Position numbers and translations under genes: made by a program
Origin: Felis catus
Lineage: Eukaryota
Length of the DNA: 64,000 nt
NCBI RefSeq assembly: GCF_018350175.1
Contig: NC_058368.1
Span: 218,428,001-218,492,000, forward strand
Reading direction: 5' to 3'
Notes under the pieces: generated by a model
What the model saw: only the letters and a program-made list of their open reading frames with translations
Database searches by the model: none
Told to the model about the DNA's origin: nothing
Shown: positions 39,620-51,198 of the stretch, in pieces
How the letters are laid out: the number at the start of each line of letters is the position of its first letter
Numbering within the stretch: position 1 is the stretch's first letter

Positions 39620-40170
39620 CCAAATGGAACAATTAAAAAAGAAAAGCAACATAATAGAACACTGGATGATAAATGTAACAGGCAATTCAGTCCTGAAGAA
39701 AAACAAAGGTCCAATAAAATTATGAAAAGATGCTCAATCTCACTGGCAATCAAGGCAATGACATTTTACATAGAACTGACAATTTTTGAAAGTTTATGCA
39801 TTGCTAAAAATATGGGAAAAGTAAATATACCTATACTGCTAGTTGAATGTGGACTGCTTTAAAAAAAAAAGAAAAAAAATATTTGGTGAAAATATTGATA
39901 AATTGTATTAAAATTAAGTATCTGCATGTTATAAAAAAGATCAATCCTGCTTCTGGCAAATACCTTCTGGAAATATTGACATATCTGCCCAGGGTGTTAG
40001 ATTTAAAATATGTATCCCAGAATTAATTGCAATAGAGATAATATGGAAATAACCAAAATTCTCATAAAATAAGATAGTAAAATGTACATTTTGGTGCATT
40101 AAAACAAATGAGTTAAATAAATGAACAATAGTTATATGTATCAATATGGATAAATCTTACTTGTTTGTAT

Positions 40171-40202
<32 letters not shown>

Positions 40203-40400
40203 ATATGTTTGCGTAGCTTTGGCAAATGACTTTGTTAGGGAGCTAGGGAGTCTTTATATATTAAATGTATAAAATAATTCATGAGAGAGGTATTGCCCAG
40301 CTCTTGCAGAGGGGCATAACAGCAGGATCAAGAAAGAATCATGGGAGATTGAGGTACATCTTAACATTTTATTTCTTGAAAAAGATTTGAATCAAATTTT
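39620..40400 (+). mobile_element. Old L1ME-type 3' region relic containing a (TG)n at 40173-40201
   Basis: AACAGGCAATTCA...GAAGAAA..CAAA.G.CCAATAAA..TATGAAAAGATGCTCAA.CTCACT is typical of the old L1 ORF2 end. Boundaries are approximate. Confidence 0.65.
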
Positions 40401-40684
40401 GAAAAATGTTATGATTTGTTTTAGCTAAAGTGCCTGTTACTATTATTTTCTATGTTGGGATGTGCATAATTAAATGCACTTTAAAACACCGAATTTTAAC
40501 AGTTGTCGGGAGAAAATTAATGATCAATACCACTCCTTTTATTGCAACAGTAGCCTGTGGATTGAGCACAATTATTCTTCGAGGGGTGAGCCCCACAACA
40601 CTGAGGAGGCATAGAATGATAGGATATCCTGTTTCTCTTAGATTTCTGTGATCCATGCCAAAATGAAATTAAATGGGCATTCCT

Positions 40685-40805
40685 ACTAAAATGTAAACTT
40701 CTCAGGCTGGGGATTTTTGTCTGCTTTGTATATTCCTGTATCAACACATACCTAAACATTGTCTGGCTCATTGTTAGTCTCCAAATATTATCTGGATAAA
40801 GAAAC
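40685..40805 (+). mobile_element. L2 3'-end fragment
   Basis: CTAAAATGTAAACTT...GGGATTTTTGTCTG.TTTGT...CCTAAACATTGTCTGGC...CAAATATT. Confidence 0.6.
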
Positions 40806-43319
40806 TCATATAGCGAGATCACTTTATTTTAATCCCAAGGTCAAGGATTAAACATGTTTTTACACAAGTTATTGAATAGTAAGGGGAAAAAACAATAAAC
40901 AAAATAAATCCCAAACTAAAAGTATTTGCTGCAGCATGTTTCTTGATGAGCAGTTATTATTTGAGTTTATTTTTAGGCCCATTAGCAGTCTAGGCCATCA
41001 CTGATAAAGAAATGAATGAACTCTGAATGGAGTTATGTTGAGGATAGGATATCCTTAGATGGCCAGAGCTCCAGAGAGTATGTGATAATGAGCTGCCCAG
41101 TTTTTTAATAAATTAAGAAACTCCATATGGATTATATATTCCTGCCTATTTGCATGGTTGAATGAATGAGAAAAGAACATTTTTTTTTTACATGTAATGA
41201 ATATTTTCCCAGGCCTTGTTGTGAACTCTTAAAAAGAAAGTTTTACAGTCTCAGAAAATTTAGGGTTCATTTTGATTTAAGTTTAGGCCAAAAAAAAATG
41301 CTCAGGATCCATAACTTTCCCTGAGATTTCCATCTAAATACCAGCAATGATAAACCGTTAAAACTATGCTTAGCAAGAAATTCATAGATTGGATAAATAC
41401 ATAATCTATCATTTAAAAGGAGACATTAAAAGCTAATTAAAATTATATTATTTTTGAAATATTGACATATTGGCTAGCAAATGAATTTTATATCAGTTGA
41501 CCAAGACCTTTTCAAAAATTGCTTTAAAAAATCAACATTTTTCTGAAAAGTAACATCCACATAAATGAAAATAAAAATATGTTGATATCTGAACAGGAAG
41601 AAATAACACAGAGAATTTTTTTTCATACATATTCCCATTATAATTAACTTCTTTATTGTAGTTACCCCCAATACCATGTCACTGATACATTTATAAGTAA
41701 TGCCTTTTTTCTCAATATTATCTTTTAATTTTTTTGTGGTTTGCTTCAAAGTTGAACTCTATGATTAATACATTCGAGAATATTGACACTTTCAATGAAA
41801 TCTTGTATCTGGGCCATAATTTTTCAATTGAAAAATGTTCTAAACCATCTCTATAATGACATAGTGGAACAGTTCTCTCTTCCCCCACTCCACCTTTCTC
41901 TCTGCCTCTTCAGATATTCCAATGTTGGGTTTCTTGCTTTATTGGTATGTTTACTCTAGCTATCCCTTAACTATGTGACTTTAGGATGGGTATTCTCTTA
42001 TAAACCCAACACCAAAACATAACCCCCACCTAGAACTCTGGGATAACCCCCATCTGGAACTCAGGAAGTCTGGAAACTTTCTGCTACTCTCTACTACTTC
42101 TACTGTTTGGGTTTGGGGAACAGTAACTAGACTCCACCTGAAGCACTGGAGAGAAAGAAAAGAAGTCTTTACTCTTCTAACCTTTATCCACACTTAGTGG
42201 AAACTGGTGGAAAGTTCTGGGAAAGCATTGCTTTGGGTCAGGTGTGAATTTGGCAGTCTAAGATTCAGTGTTGGAATAATATTTATTTCCCTTTTGTAAC
42301 TCTCAATGTGCCGTTAATTCTCCCTAAAGGGTTGTCTCTTTGAATTTATAATTTTCCCCCGGATTTAAATAGATTTTAACCGTGTATTTGGATTCTAATT
42401 TATTTCCATTTATTTCTGGCTAAAATCTCTTTCTGGGACTAAAAACTTTACTCATTTGGTATTAAAAGACCAAATGGGTCTTAAATGACCCAAATGGTGT
42501 CCAGCAAATCTCAGCATTGTCTAATCTCCAGGATCAGACCCCTTCGATGTCAAATGCTGCTGAGCATTACTGATTTGGATTTACTTAAGCATTCTGGACT
42601 TAGCAACTTAGATTTAAATACCTCCAGGGAGACCTTAGCCCATCTTACATGAGGGCATCCTGTATTCAGTCCTTTCATATAACCTAGGATATTTTTTTCA
42701 TATACCCAGGAGTTTTTTTGGATAATACCATATTGACATATGAACTTTCCCCTATGAGATAATGCTCTGTGTATCCATCCAACATCTCCAATGTCACACA
42801 TTTTCATGGAAAGTTCCTCTAACAGCAAAGTCATGAGAATAAAAAAAGAAGTCATGGGAAAACTATCATGTGACATTTAAAATGACAGCTGCCTTTTTCT
42901 AATTTGTAATCATTGAACTTCTTGAACTGTTCTGTGATTAAAGTAGGAAATTAGCATCTGCTTACCTTAACTAATTTTTGACATATACATTTTTATCACT
43001 ATATATTTTGGGGCTTATATGTTGCACAGGATTATCTTGTTATTAACTAAGCATTACTAAGCATTATCCTTTTCCTTCTGTCTTGGGAAACTGTATTTCC
43101 CAAACTCCATTTCTGGTATGGCCCAGGGTTAGAATATGACTTGAGAGGTAAATTTAGAAGTTGGAAGAGAGGAGGAAGAAGGCATTGCTTTTTTGAGACT
43201 GTTGTGTTCAGAGACCATGGCGTGGGGCCTTCAATTTTCAATTTTCTACCTTGTGGCCATTTTCCACTTTGGAGAGTCTTTGTAGATGCCTCACTAAACT
43301 TCCCTGGAAAACTCTTGGT

Positions 43320-43454
43320 GCGGGCACCTGCATGGTTCAGTCAGTTAAGCGGCCAACTTTGGCTCAGGTCATGGCCTACCAGTCCATGAGTTTGAGCCCC
43401 ACATACGACTCTGTGCTTGCAGCTCAGAGCCTGGAGCCTGCTTTGGATTCTGTG

Positions 43455-43485
<31 letters not shown>

Positions 43486-43560
43486 GCCCCTCTCCTGGTC
43501 TCTTTCTCTCTCTTCACCCCTCTCTCTCTCAAAAATAAACATTAAAACAATTTAAAAAAA
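43320..43560 (+). mobile_element. Felid CAN-SINE
   Basis: GGGCACCTGCATGGTTCAGTCAGTTAAGCG head, CAGAGCCTGGAGCCTGC, (CT)n and A-tail. Confidence 0.93.
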
Positions 43561-44333
43561 GGAAAAGTTTTGATGGACTTTTGCCCAAGATTCATTTCCT
43601 CTTCCTGTTCCAGCGCTCCAACACTCTGACCTGCCCACTGCCATGTTCCAGTCTTCAGTCTCTGAGCTTTTCCACACCCATGGAGGCCCTAATTCCTAAC
43701 TTGTGCCCTGTATTTCCCTCATGCTTCCAGTGTCTCTTTTTACCTGACCAAACCCAGAAATACCATACATTCCTGGTGCCCTTGGTTTGAAGTGGACTTG
43801 GGTTCTTTTAAGTCCAAGTGTTCTGATTGTCAAAGACTGAATTTCTGTTGGGATAATAATCAAGAGTTCTTATGTTTTTACTCCCCAAAGATGTGGATGC
43901 CTAATTAATAACACCTCTAATCAAAGAAGACATTTCAATAAACAAGTGTTATAATGCTAAATTCTAAATAGGTTCCCTGTTGTAAATTACCACCCAGCTG
44001 GGTATGAAAATCTATAAACAAGTGTTTGTCAAATATATTAATCCCTTCTTAAGTTATAAAATGAGGATAACATTTAAAAATCAAACTTTATGGGGATCTA
44101 ATTGGGACAAAATTCTGATTTTCCTCTAAACTGAGAGCTCTTATTTAAAAAATATTATTGGGTTTCTTTTATGTGCTAGCATTGTAGCAAAGAGCTGTGA
44201 ATATAAGAAATATGTCATTGAATTTGATTCTACTTTTTAGGATAATCCATCGATTGAATGAGACAACTTGTGAACAAGTAGTTATAATTCAAAAAGATAA
44301 TTCTTTTGAGAGTAGAGGTTTTAATTTTAATTC

Positions 44334-44335
<2 letters not shown>

Positions 44336-44377
<42 letters not shown>
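44336..44377. repeat. (TG)n microsatellite
   Basis: Read directly from the sequence. Confidence 0.97.
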
Positions 44378-44378
<1 letters not shown>

Positions 44379-45383
44379 TTCACTAAAAACATGAGTAAAG
44401 CTAACCCTCCTGTGTTATTTCACATTTAGAATCTAAAGTGATGCAAATAATGTGATTTAATAAGGTTTACATTTTTTCAGCCTATTTTTTAATTTATTTT
44501 TTACTTTTTAACTTAATTTTTATTATTTTTTTTAATTTACATTCAAGTTACTTAGCAAATAGTGCAATAATGATTTCAGGAGTAGAATCCAGTGATTCCT
44601 CACCTACATTAAAACACCCAGTGCTCACCCCAACAAGGGTTCTACATAATGCCCCTTGCCCATTTATCCAATTTGCCATCCCAACACCCCACCAGCAATC
44701 CTCGGTTTATTTTTTGTATTTAAGAATCTCTTATGTTTTGGCTCCTTCACTGTTTTCATACTATTTTTGCTTCCCTTTCCTTATGTTCATCTGCTTTTTA
44801 TCTTAAATTCCACATATGAGTAAAGTCATATGATATTTCTCTTTCTCTGACTAATTTCGCTTAGCATAATACCCTCTAATTCCATCCATGTTGTTGCAAA
44901 TGTCAAGACTTCATTCTGTTTGATTGCCAAGTAATATTCCAACGTGTGTGTGTGTGTGTGTATATATACACACACACATATATACATAAACCACATTTTC
45001 TTTATCATTTCTTTATCCATTGATTGATACATGAACATTTGGGCTCTTTCCATATTTTGGCTATTGTCAATAGTGCTGCTGCTATAAACATTGGGGTGCA
45101 TATGCCCCTTCAAATCAGCACTACCATATCCTTTGGATAAATGCCTAGCAGTGAAATTGCTGGGTAGCAGTGTAGTTCTATTTTTAATTTTTTGATGAAC
45201 CTCCATACTGTTTTCCAGAGTGGTTGCACCAGTTTGCATTCCTACCAGCAGTGCAAAAGGGTTCCTCTTTCTCCGTAGTCTCCCCAACATCTGTTATTGC
45301 CTAAGTTGTTAATTTTAGCTATTCTCACTGGTGTGAGATGGTATCTCATTGTGGTTTTGATTTGTATTTCCTTGATGATGAGG

Positions 45384-46221
45384 TGTCATAGACTCTAAGT
45401 CTAAAGTTCTCTTTTGGCCAGCAATGCAGGATTAAAGCAAGAGATGGCTAATGTCTGGGAAAAGACATGAGCCCTGAATAAGGGTTCTTTCCTCATATTT
45501 ATTCAGATCAGAAGGCTTATAAATGTGATGGGCGTGTACAAAGAGACAAAGAAACTGTGAATATTAGCTTGGGGATGTGAGGGGAAAAAAGGGGGTTTTG
45601 AAGATATACTGTGTTTGGGATTTGGGCCAATAAAAAACAAAATCCTGGCATAGGGCAGATGTGAATATGGTCGTTAATGGCATACAGGAGGAGCCGTGCC
45701 TGTCTATCTTTGCCAGCCTAGGGGTGAGACAGATAGGGGGAATAACCTCAGGGTTAATAAGGCACCTTTTCTTTTGGTAACCAACTCTGCTCTGGGCTCC
45801 TTTGCCTGCAAGTGCAGGGATCCATAGTCCAATTCACCAGTTTACCTAACCTGGCCCGATCCTTCTGTAAAAGCAGCTTTTCTGCTATAGTACTAAATTG
45901 GGGGTGCTTCCACCCTGTTTTCTAATCTTGTTTATTTCACATATGTATGTATTGGGCACCTTTGCACCGTTCCTATTTTAGGCCTTTCCATCTCCCTATT
46001 TTGGGGCTCTGCACTCCCTCTCTATTTGGGGGTGCCTTTGCACCTCCCTATTCCTGGCACCTTTGTGCCTCCCTATTCTTGGAGTGCCTTTGCACCCCCT
46101 ATTCTCAGGGTGTCAATCTGGTTACCTGAACTCAGGTGAGAGCATTTTATGACTTTGTATTTCTTTATGCCTTGTTAACCCATTGGTGTAAGCCCGGGAA
46201 TTCCTAATCTTATCCCCCACA
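45384..46221 (-). mobile_element. Solo LTR, 838 bp, class II (betaretrovirus/ERVK)-like
   Basis: Ends TGTCATAGAC...TCCCCCACA with an exact 6-bp TSD ATGAGG (45378-45383, 46222-46227). The L1 is contiguous once it is removed. Minus-strand TTTATAA (~45517-45523) and AATAAA (45498-45503). The class assignment is inferred. Confidence 0.88.
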
Positions 46222-46717
46222 ATGAGGGAGGTTGAGTATTTTTTTATGTACCTGTTAGCCATTTGGATGTCTTCTTTGGAAAAGTGTCTATTCCTTTTGT
46301 CCATTTCTTCACTGGATTATTTGTTTTTTTGGGTGTTCAGTTTGGTAAGTTCTTTATAGATTTTGGATATTACCCCTTTATCAGATGTGTCATTTGCCAA
46401 TATCTTCTCCCATTACATCCATTGCCTTTTAGTTTTGCTGATTATTTCCTTCACCATACAGATTTTTATCTTCATGAGGTCCCTATAGCTTATTTTTGCT
46501 TTAGTTTCCCTTGCCTCCAGAGATAAATCAAGTAGGAAGTTTCTGAGGCTGAGGTCCAAGAGGTTTTTGCTTGCTTACTCCTGTAGGGTTTTGATGGTTT
46601 CCTGTCTTACGTTTAGGTCTTTCATCCATTTTGAGTTTATTTTTGTGTTATGGCATAAAAAAATGGTCTAGGTTCATTCTTCTGCATGAACTCTATCCAG
46701 TTTTCCCAACACCATTT

Positions 46718-47416
46718 TGTCATAGACTCTGGGTCTGGAGTTCCCTCTTGTCCTTCAAAAAGAGGACACAGGATTAAAATGTGAGAGAGACTAATGTCTG
46801 GGAGGAGACAAGAGCCCCGAGTAAGGGTCCTTGCTCTGTTTTTATTAGGATCAGAAGGCTTACAAGCATGATGAACGTGCACAAAGAGATAATGAAACAG
46901 TGAACATTAAATCATAGGCGTGAAAATATGCAGTGTTAGGAGTTTGGGTCAATACAAAACAAAATCCTGGCACTGGGCAGATGGTTGTTTACAGGACACA
47001 TGAGGTGCTATGTCTGTTTATCTAAACTTGCTTAAGGGACAAGAAAGACCGAGCATGTTACCTCAGGGTCAACAAGGCACCTTTCTTTTGCTAATTCTCT
47101 CTGTTATGGGCAACTTCACCCTGCTGTGGTCTATAGTCCTGTTTACCTGTTTACCTATTTTGGTCCTTCCTGCGAAAGCAGCTTTCTGCTATTGTACTAA
47201 ATTGGGGGGTGTTTCTGCCCTGAATACCTAATCTTGTTTATCTAATCTTGGACGCTTTCACCTAGAGGCTTCTTATTCCTATACCTTTGTTCTATACTGG
47301 GGTGATTTGCCTTGTTTACCTAATTGTGGATGCTTTCATCCTGAGGCTTCCTATTCCTATATGCCTTGTTAACCCATGGGTACAAGCCCAAGGAATTCCT
47401 AAGCTTATTTCCCACA
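46718..47416 (-). mobile_element. Second solo LTR of the same family, 699 bp
   Basis: Ends TGTCATAGACTCT...TTTCCCACA. TSD CCATTT (46712-46717) / TCATTT (47417-47422). Minus-strand AATAAA at 46841-46846. Shares blocks such as CTAATGTCTGGGA, GATCAGAAGGCTTA, AAAACAAAATCCTGGCA and GTACTAAATTGGGGG with 45384-46221. Confidence 0.88.
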
Positions 47417-50308
47417 TCATTTGCTGAAGAGACTGTATTTTTTTCCATTGGATATTCTTTCCTGCTTTGTCAAAGATTAGTTGGCCATATGTGTATGGGT
47501 CCATTTCTGGGTTCTTTATTCCATTCCACTGGTCTATGTGTCTGTTTTGTGCCAGTTCCATCCTGTCTTGATGATTACAGCTTTGCAATATATTGTGAAG
47601 TCCAGAATTGTAATGCCTCCAGCCATGGTTTTCTTTTTCAGGATTGCTATGGCTATTCAGGGTCTTTTCTAGTTTCATACAAATTTTAGGATTGTTTGTT
47701 CTAGCTCTGTGAATAATGCTCATGTTATTTTGATAGAGATTTCATTGAATATGTAGATTGCTTTGGATGGTAATGACATTTTAACAATATTTGTTCTTCC
47801 AATCCATTCTTCTATTTGGAAGAAATCCAAAATTCTTCCATTTTTTGTGTCTTCAATTTCTTTCCTAAGCTTTCTATAGTTTTCAGTGTATAGATTTTTC
47901 ACCTCTTTGGTTATGTTTATTCCTAGGTATTTGATGGTTTGGGTTGCAATTGTAAATGGGGTCGATTCCTTGATTTCTTTTTCTGTTGCTTCATTATTTG
48001 TGTATAGAAATGCAACCAATTTCTCAGCATTGATTTTATACCCTGCAACCTTGCTGAATTCATATATAAGTTCTAACAGTTTTTTGTTGAAATCTTTTGG
48101 GTGTTCCACATAGATTATCATGTTGTCTGTGAAAAGTGAAGATTGAAATCGTCCTTGCTGATGTGGATGCCTTTCATTTCTTTGCATTGTCTAATTACGA
48201 AGGCTAGGACTTGCAACACTATGGTGAATAACAGTGGTGAGAGTGGACATCCTTATCTGTTCCTGATCTTAGGAGGAAAGGTCTCAGTTTTTCCCCATAG
48301 AAGATGGTATAAGCAGTGGGTCTTTCACATATGGCTTTTATGAGCTTGAGGTATGATTCTTTTATCCCTACTTTCTTGAGGGTTTTTATTAAGAAAGGAT
48401 GCTGTATTTTGTCAAATGCTTTTTTGGCATCGGAGAGGATCATGTCGTTCTTATTCTTTCTTTTATCAATGTGATGTACCACATTGATTGATTTGTGGAT
48501 ATTGAACCAGCCCTGCATCCCAGGAATAAATCCCACTTTATCGTAGTCAATAATTCTTTTAATGCATTGTTGGATACAGTTTGGTAATATCTTGTTGAAA
48601 ATTTTTGCATACATGTTCAAAGGGAAATTGGTCTGTAGTTCTCCTTTTTAGTGGGGTGTTAGTCTGGTTTTGGAATCAAGGTAATGCTGAACTCATAGAA
48701 TGAGTTTATAAGTTTTCCTTCCATTTCTATTTTTTTTGGAACAGCTTCAAAAGAATAGGTGTTAACTCTTCTTTACCTGTTTGGTAGAATTCCCCTGGAC
48801 AGCCATCAGCCCTGGACTCTTGTTTGTTGCAAGATTTTTGGTTACTGATTCAATTCATTTACTAGTATGGGTTTGTTCAAAATTCTATTTCTTCTTATTT
48901 CTGTTTTGGTAGTTTTTATGTTCCATTTCTTCCAGATTGCCCAATTTGTTGGCATATTATTGCTCATAATATTCTTTTATTATTGTTTGTATTTCTGTGG
49001 TGTTGGTTTGATCTCTCATCTTTCATTCTTGATTTTATTAATTTGGGTCCTTTCCTATTTTCTTTTTGTTCAATCTGGCTACAGTTATCAATTTTGTACA
49101 TTCTTTCAAAGAACCAGCTCCTGGTTCCATTGATCTGTTCTGCTGTTTTGTTTATGTAATTTTTTTATTTTGATATCATTGATTTCTGTTCTAATCTTTA
49201 TTATTTCCCTTCCTCTGCTTGTTTTGGACTTTATTTGCCGTTCTTTTCCCAGCACTTTTAGGTGTAAAGTTGGGTTGTGTATTTGAGACCTTTATTTCTT
49301 CTTTTGGAAGGCCTGGATTGCTATATACTTTCCTCTTATGACCATCTTTGCTGCATCTCAGAGATTTTGTGCTGTTAGGTCTCATTTTCATTGGCTTACA
49401 TTTACTTTTTAACTTCCTCTTTAACTTCTTGGTTAACTCATTCATTCTTTAGAAGGATGTTCTTTAATCCCCAAGTATTCATGGTCTTTCCAAATTTTTT
49501 CTTGTTGACTTCTAGTTTCATAGTCTTGTGGTCTGGAAATATGCAAGGTATGATCTCAATCTTTTTGCACTTCCTGAAGGCTGATTTGTGACTCAGTATG
49601 TGATCTATTCTGAAGAATGTCCCATGTGCACTCGAGAAGAATGTATATTCTGCTGCTTTAGGATGAAATGTTCTGAATATATCCGTTAAGTCCATCTGTC
49701 CCAGCGTGCCATTCAAAGCCATTGTTCCCTTGTTGCTTTTCTGCTTATATCATATGTCCATTGATGTAATTAGGGTGTTGAAGTCCCTACTATTATGGTA
49801 TTATTATCAATGAGTTTCTTTATGTTTGTGATTAATTGATTTAAATTTGTGGGTGCTATCACATTGGGGGCATAAATATTTATAATTGTTAGAGCTTAGT
49901 GGACAAACCCCTTAATTATGCTATAATGCCTTCTTCATCTCTTGTTACAGTTGTTATTTTAAAATCTAGTTTGTCTGATATAAGTATGGCTATTCCAGCT
50001 TTCTTTTAATGACTATTTGCAAGACAAATGGTTCCACATCTCCTTACTTTCAATCTGCAGGTAACTTCAGGTCTAAAATGAGTCTCCTGTAAGCAGCATA
50101 TTGATGAATCTTGTTTTCTTGTCCATTCTGATACCCTATTTGTTTTGATTGGAGCCTTTAGCCCATTGACATTTAGAGTGAGTACTGAAAGATATGAATT
50201 TAGTGACATTATCATGCCTATATAGATGGTGTTTCTGGTGATATTGTCTGCTCCTTTCTAGTCTTTGTTGCTTTTGGTCGTTTTTGTTTTGTTTTGTCTT
50301 TTATCCAC

Positions 50309-51198
50309 TCAAAGGGTCCCCCTTTTCTTGTAGGGCTGGTTTAGTGGTCACAAACTCCTTTAGTTTTTGTTTGTTGGGAAACTCTATCTCTCCTTCTATT
50401 TTGAATGACAGCCTTGCTGGATAAATAATTCTTGGTTGTATATTTTTTAGATTCAACATGATGTATATATCCTGCAACTCTTTTCTGGCCTTCCAAGTTA
50501 CTGTGGATAGGTCTGATGAGAACCTAATCTGTCTTCCGTTATATGTTAATGACTTTTTTCCCTTGCTCCTTTCATAATTCTTTCCTTCTGCATATTTTGT
50601 GAATTTGGCTGTGATATGCCTTAGTGAATGCTGGTTTTTGTTGAATCCAATGCAAGTTTCCTGTGCTTATTCGATTTTGATGTTTGTGTCTTTCACTCTA
50701 TTAGGGATGTTTTCTGCTATAATTTGCTTACATAAACCTCCCCTTTTTCTCACTATTCATCTCCTGGGACTCCTATGATTTGGATGTTGTTCCTTTTTAA
50801 TAAGTCACTGAGTTCTCTAATTCTTGTATCATGATCTTTTGCCTTAGTTTCCCTCTTTTTTCTTTATTATTCCCCATAATTTTATCTTCTATATAACTGA
50901 TTCATTGCCCTGCTTGGTCTATGCTTGTCAGCGTGGAATCCATTTGGGATTGCATCTTGGTAATAGTATTTTTAAATGTGTCCTGACTAGATTTTACTTC
51001 TTTTATCTCCATAGAAGGGGATTCTATACTTTTTCAACTCCAGCTAGTATTCTTATTATCATGATTTTAACTTAACTTTAATTTAACTTTAACTTAACTT
51101 TCTATTTCAGACATCTTGTTCATATGTGTGTTGATTAAGCACCTGGCCGTTATTTCCTCTTGGTGTTTCTTTTGGGGTGAATTCCTTCATTTTGTCAT
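50309..51198 (-). pseudogene. L1 ORF1p remnant
   Basis: Minus-strand ATGACAAAA start at 51198, collinear with ORF1 of the plus-strand L1 (AAAGGAGTTTGTGACCACTAAACCAGCCCT). Heavily disrupted. Confidence 0.88.

Larger units (their letters stand above)
44826..50215 (-). pseudogene. L1 ORF2p remnant, interrupted by two LTRs
   Basis: MIMSLNSYLSVLTLNVNGLKAPIK start, [39 protein letters not shown] (degenerate RT core), KYLGINITK and WMELEGIMLSEISQ. Many stops and frameshifts. Confidence 0.93.

Noticed and set aside
41880..43790. Possible ancient LTR fragments, including a 24-bp tandem at 42019-42066
   Set aside because: Too degenerate to assign a family or boundaries by eye.
45955..46112. CRISPR-like repeat array
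   Set aside because: These are degenerate tandem units without unique spacers, inside an LTR in mammalian DNA.
45384..47416. A single LTR retrotransposon with a short internal region
   Set aside because: The interior is collinear L1 ORF2 and each LTR has its own TSD. The outer flanks do not match, and the TGG following LTR2 is the L1 KWCWEN sequence rather than a primer-binding site.
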